Positions 60,147 through 64,000 of a stretch of DNA of 64,000 bases are shown here, piece by piece; the first letter of the stretch is position 1; each line of letters begins with the position of its first letter. Origin of the DNA: Candidatus Hydrogenedentota bacterium. GTDB taxonomy: Bacteria; Hydrogenedentota; Hydrogenedentia; Hydrogenedentales; SLHB01. Under the pieces are notes generated by a model, which was not told the DNA's origin, did no database searches, and was given only the letters and a program-made list of their open reading frames with translations. The stretch lies in the NCBI GenBank assembly GCA_963674865.2, contig CAXXYE010000006.1:96001-160000 (forward strand), read 5' to 3'. The position numbers and the translations under genes were made by a program.

Positions 60147-61842
60147 CCGCCATGCGAAAGTCCTTCAGAACCAACTGGATTGTTGTTTCATCGCGCCAGG
60201 TGTTGAAACGAGGGCTGAAGGCAACGTCTAGAAAGGCCTCTTCGCGGTAGAAAGGGAAGCTTTCGGCCATCTTGAATCCTATCGCGTTCATGGCCTGCCC
60301 GCCCTGGCGCACGGAGAAGCGCACGTGGCCTCCGCGCAACTCGCGCGCCGAGCGCGGCATAACGGCCACTCCGAGAGTGCAGAATACGGGGCCGGGATTC
60401 CCGCTGCCGAAGGGCTCGAGGAGGTCAAGCGACTTCATAAGGCGTCCGTCGATCTCGCTCAGTGAGATAAGCGCGTCAATCGATAGAGAGGGCGCGGGCA
60501 ATCCCTCGGGCAGCTGTTGGACAGCGGCCGACTCAAACGCCGCAGCGAACGCATCGACGTCCTCCGCTGCCAAAGCCAATCCACCAGCAGCGCGGTGGCC
60601 TCCGAAGCGCCTCAGGTGTTCTTTCGCGGATGTAAGCGCCGCCATCACATCAAAGCCCGGAATTCCCCGAACCGATCCGCGTCCTTCGCCTTGTGCGTCA
60701 ATAGCGATCAATCCCACCGGCCGGTTGTAGCCGCTTTGCAGCCGTGACGCCACCACGCCCAGCACGCCCGGATGCCAGTCTTCCCTCGCAAGCACAATGG
60801 TCCGCTGCGCCGCGTCGAGCGTAGCGTCTATCCGCTCCCTCGCCTCGTCAAGAATCCCTTGCTCGACGACACGGCGCTCCTCGTTCGCGCTATTGAGTTC
60901 GCGCGCGATCTCGTTGGCCTCGGCGGGCGACTCCGTGAGAAGCAGACGCACACCTTTCGCCGCGTCCCCCATACGGCCACCGGCATTGATCCGAGGCCCT
61001 AACTGAAATGCGATGTTTTCCGATGTCACCTCGTCCAGGCGAATGCCAGCCGCCTGTGCCAGCGCCACCAAACCCACCCGGCGCCGCGACGCCATGTACT
61101 TCAGCCCCGCCGCGACTAGGTCGCGGTTCTCTCCCTGCAGGGGGACAATGTCCGCCACCGTTCCCAAGGCCGCCAGATCCAGGTCTTCAACTTCGCCCGT
61201 TAAGGCACAGGCCAGTTTGAAAGCGACTGCCGCGCCGGATACATTCAATCCCGCATATGTATCATCATGACGTTTGGGATTCAGAACAGCATGCGCTTCA
61301 GGCAGACTGCCTTCAATAGCGTGGTGGTCCGTCACAATCAAGTCGACGCCGTATTCCCGCGCAGCGGCAGCGGCCTCATGCGAGCTGATCCCATTGTCCA
61401 CAGTGATGATCAGTCCAACGCCGGTTTGCGCCGCCTGCTGCACATGCGACGCGTGCAGGCCATAGCCTTCGACAAGGCGATTGGGCAAGGCGTAGGAACT
61501 GCCCGTCAGGCCGAATCGGGACAGGGCGTTCATCATAATGGCCGTCCCGGCAATCCCATCGACGTCGTAGTCCCCAAACACCAGGACTTGTTCTCCGCGC
61601 TCGCGAGCGAGGCGGATTCGCTCCACGGCCCGCCCCATATCTTCAAGTTGCCGTGGATCGCTTAGATGAGATAGGGAAGGTGCTAGAAACCGGCGGGCAT
61701 CCGGCAGGGACTCTACGCCCCGTTGAAGCAGTAGGTGGGCAACGATATGCGGCACATCGAGCGCGCGGGACCACGCTGTTGTCTTCGCGCGGTCCTCTTC
61801 GGCGATCTGCCAGTTAGTCTTCCCGTTAAAGGCCCTCACCAT
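60136..61842 (-). CDS. recJ: ssDNA-specific exonuclease RecJ
   Basis: GDYDVDG, PNRLVEGYG, TVDNG, TDHH, GTVADIVPL, PRINAGGR, GGHRAAGG, LEPFG.GNP.P. Confidence 0.97.
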   Translation of the reverse strand: MVRAFNGKTNWQIAEEDRAKTTAWSRALDVPHIVAHLLLQRGVESLPDARRFLAPSLSHLSDPRQLEDMGRAVERIRLARERGEQVLVFGDYDVDGIAGTAIMMNALSRFGLTGSSYALPNRLVEGYGLHASHVQQAAQTGVGLIITVDNGISSHEAAAAAREYGVDLIVTDHHAIEGSLPEAHAVLNPKRHDDTYAGLNVSGAAVAFKLACALTGEVEDLDLAALGTVADIVPLQGENRDLVAAGLKYMASRRRVGLVALAQAAGIRLDEVTSENIAFQLGPRINAGGRMGDAAKGVRLLLTESPAEANEIARELNSANEERRVVEQGILDEARERIDATLDAAQRTIVLAREDWHPGVLGVVASRLQSGYNRPVGLIAIDAQGEGRGSVRGIPGFDVMAALTSAKEHLRRFGGHRAAGGLALAAEDVDAFAAAFESAAVQQLPEGLPAPSLSIDALISLSEIDGRLMKSLDLLEPFGSGNPGPVFCTLGVAVMPRSARELRGGHVRFSVRQGGQAMNAIGFKMAESFPFYREEAFLDVAFSPRFNTWRDETTIQLVLKDFRMAGDE

Positions 61843-62510
61843 TTTGCCCGCACCAATCCGGCAATATGATCCACAACTTCGTCCAGTGTCATGGCTGTCG
61901 TATCCACAAGCATAGCGTCCTTCGCCCTTATCAGCGGAGCCACTTCACGGTTTCGGTTTTTCTCATCCCGCTCATGAATTTCCGCGCGAAGGGTGGCCAC
62001 GTCGACGCTTCGCCCAGCGGCGGCCAGGTCCACTGCACGGCGGCGGGTGCGCTCATCGAGACTGGCGTCGAGAAAGAACTTGCACTTGGCCTTGGGAAAC
62101 ACCACGGTTCCCATGTCTCTTCCCTCAGCCACCGTCGGCCCGAGGGCGCCAAACGCTTGTTGCAGCGCCACAAGGTGCGCTCGCACGGCCCGGTTCTGGT
62201 CCAGCCGGTAGATCTCGCGAGTTACCTCGGGCGTTCGAATGGCCTGACTCACGTCCCGCCCGTCCACCATAGCCCGCTGGACTCCCTCCTCGTCCTTTAG
62301 CTCGAGCGGCATGCTCTGCGTCGCCTGCGCTACGGCCAAGGCATCGTCCAGGTCGATGTCCTGGTCAAGAGCCCACCAGGTCGCAGCACGGTACATGGCC
62401 CCGGTATCAAGAAACCGGAATCCCAAGCGTTCCGCCAGTCGCCTCGCCACCGTGCTCTTGCCGGCACCCGCCGGCCCATCGATGGCCACAACTTCGGTAA
62501 TGTCTTTCAT
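61836..62510 (-). CDS. cmk: Cytidylate kinase
   Basis: IDGPAGAGKST, LDTGAMYRA, EGRDMGTVVFP. Confidence 0.97.
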   Translation of the reverse strand: MKDITEVVAIDGPAGAGKSTVARRLAERLGFRFLDTGAMYRAATWWALDQDIDLDDALAVAQATQSMPLELKDEEGVQRAMVDGRDVSQAIRTPEVTREIYRLDQNRAVRAHLVALQQAFGALGPTVAEGRDMGTVVFPKAKCKFFLDASLDERTRRRAVDLAAAGRSVDVATLRAEIHERDEKNRNREVAPLIRAKDAMLVDTTAMTLDEVVDHIAGLVRAKW

Positions 62511-62615
62511 GTCTTCCTCTCACATTGCCCCGAGGATCCGTCGACGGCGTTACTTGTGGGTGGCCGGGAGAATCGCTTCAACAGACGCGCAGCACCGCGG
62601 ATCGTACCAGCCTCG

Positions 62616-64000
62616 TTAGGGCGACTCAACAATCGTCTGCCCATCGCGGATGTAGGCTGTCGTTTCCTCGCCCGTCTCTCGCGTGGTCACAATGATGCCC
62701 GGCGGCAGGCCCGGCTCGTTGAGCAGTGAGACGTCCGTGCATATCCGCACGCCCTCTTCGAATGAGCCCGCGACTCTCGGTATAACGAGCGTGTCCGGAT
62801 CTTCCTCGAGGGAGGTAACCAAGTACTCCGTCCGAAGTCGATTGTGGAGCGTGAGAAGCTCATTGCGCGCCGATTGCGCCACGCGCCGGTAGGTGGCAAT
62901 TCGCTGGGCCCGGCTTTCGATGGAACGCCGCATAAGCCGAACAAAGGGCGTCGCGGCTCGAGCCGCGATCACCTGCTTCAAGGGCCCTTCCTTGGCTGTC
63001 GCCAGTAGCCTCTCCAGCAGTTTCGCCTTCGAGGCGCGGCCGACACTCCGCTCGACCAACTGGGCCGTTCCCGTGACGCGGCGAAGACTCTCTTCGCTCT
63101 TCTCAATGAACGCGTTGAGCTTCTTGCGCTCCTCGAGCCAAATCTGCAGCTTCTCTTTCAGGCGCACGTAGACCCCTGAAACCGGCTTGCCCCCTCCGCC
63201 CTTGCCGCCTATCGAGGCGTTGAGCGCAAGCATCTCCTCCCGCGCTTCAGACAAGTCGCTATCGATCTGGCCCTCGGCCGAGATCTCTTGGAGTTCGCTC
63301 TCAATATCCTCAACGGGGGTGTTCGTATTGCCGCCTGCGTCCTGCGTCGCCCCCGGCGACGCGTCCCGCCCTCGGGCCGCGGCCATAAGACTGTCTTCCG
63401 CCTCGGAACTGAGGGCGCCATAGCCGGCAACGATTCTGTCCAGAAAGGCCAACCGCCGCCGCGCCGTCTCGATCTGCTCGACTTGTTGACGAACGCTATC
63501 CCCCCCAAAGAGGCTCGTCAGCGCGTGCTCAGCCATATGCTCGATCTCTGATGCGGCGATCTGGATCATCCGCCGGTAATTCTCCAGCTCCTGCCGGAGC
63601 ACCGCCGCTTTAGCGATCATGATCGCCGCCTCGGGATCGAGGTACTCGCCGTAGTCTTCGCAAGACAGACGATGCCGAAGTACCACCGAGGACGGCCCGC
63701 GCGTGGAATGCCCAAATCGCTGCGCCTCCACCAAGTGTGACGCCTGAAACATCCCGCCACGCGCCTGGGCGCCTATGCTGATTCGCGGCGCGATATAGGC
63801 GCCCTCGACCGTCGCTTCCGCTATGCGTATCGCCCCGCCAGCAAACACGAGCTTGGGATCCTGGGCGGAACGGCACGCCACGTCTCCCGCCTTGGAAATG
63901 ATCTGAGTGTTGGTGAGCAGGCCCTTCGCCCGGATCGCTCCGTGCCGCACCACCACCACGCCCGCGATGTTCTCCCGGACTTCGCAGCTTTCTTTCGCCG
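62616..64000 (-). CDS. C-terminal part of a large protein with a beta-solenoid-like segment and coiled coils (possibly FapA/DUF342-like); starts beyond the window
   Basis: The reading frame is open to the right edge. Gly/Ile/Ala-rich beta-repeat-like region followed by long helical stretches. The family call is tentative. Confidence 0.5.
   Translation of the reverse strand, partial: AKESCEVRENIAGVVVVRHGAIRAKGLLTNTQIISKAGDVACRSAQDPKLVFAGGAIRIAEATVEGAYIAPRISIGAQARGGMFQASHLVEAQRFGHSTRGPSSVVLRHRLSCEDYGEYLDPEAAIMIAKAAVLRQELENYRRMIQIAASEIEHMAEHALTSLFGGDSVRQQVEQIETARRRLAFLDRIVAGYGALSSEAEDSLMAAARGRDASPGATQDAGGNTNTPVEDIESELQEISAEGQIDSDLSEAREEMLALNASIGGKGGGGKPVSGVYVRLKEKLQIWLEERKKLNAFIEKSEESLRRVTGTAQLVERSVGRASKAKLLERLLATAKEGPLKQVIAARAATPFVRLMRRSIESRAQRIATYRRVAQSARNELLTLHNRLRTEYLVTSLEEDPDTLVIPRVAGSFEEGVRICTDVSLLNEPGLPPGIIVTTRETGEETTAYIRDGQTIVESP

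Noticed and set aside
1..64000. CRISPR arrays, rRNA/tRNA genes, IS elements, prophage
   Set aside because: I saw no regularly spaced repeats, RNA gene signatures, transposase, integrase or phage structural genes.

Overview
This is a GC-rich bacterial chromosome segment from a diderm organism, since it encodes BamD, LptE, TolC and an OmpA-domain lipoprotein. The many sulfatases, sugar oxidoreductases, a DUF2961 protein and FG-GAP proteins fit a lineage such as Hydrogenedentota or PVC, but that placement is inference only. Most of the window is housekeeping (thiL, nnrD, tcdA, tatD, rel, uvrB, miaB, mtaB, larE, bamD-lptE-holA, recJ, cmk) mixed with carbohydrate and sulfate-ester catabolic genes. 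I found no tRNA, rRNA, CRISPR array, transposase or integrase. The best leads are: (1) a visibly AT-richer, tightly coupled three-gene cassette at 11193-13569 (two unknown proteins plus a stand-alone ComEC-type MBL hydrolase), a candidate undescribed defence system; (2) an orphan 731-aa PilX/GspK-like prepilin carrying a CxxCH heme-c motif behind a long AT-rich regulatory region; (3) tandem Na/Pi cotransporters, each fused to a lipoprotein signal and Ig-like domains; (4) a GH3-like protein with degenerate catalytic motifs coupled to uvrB; (5) an Fe-S-type LarE directly behind miaB-mtaB; (6) a 49-aa Lys-rich protein upstream of a cold-shock gene, absent from the ORF track. All family calls come from motif recognition by eye, with no database searches. 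Several starts were moved from the ORF track on RBS or overlap evidence.
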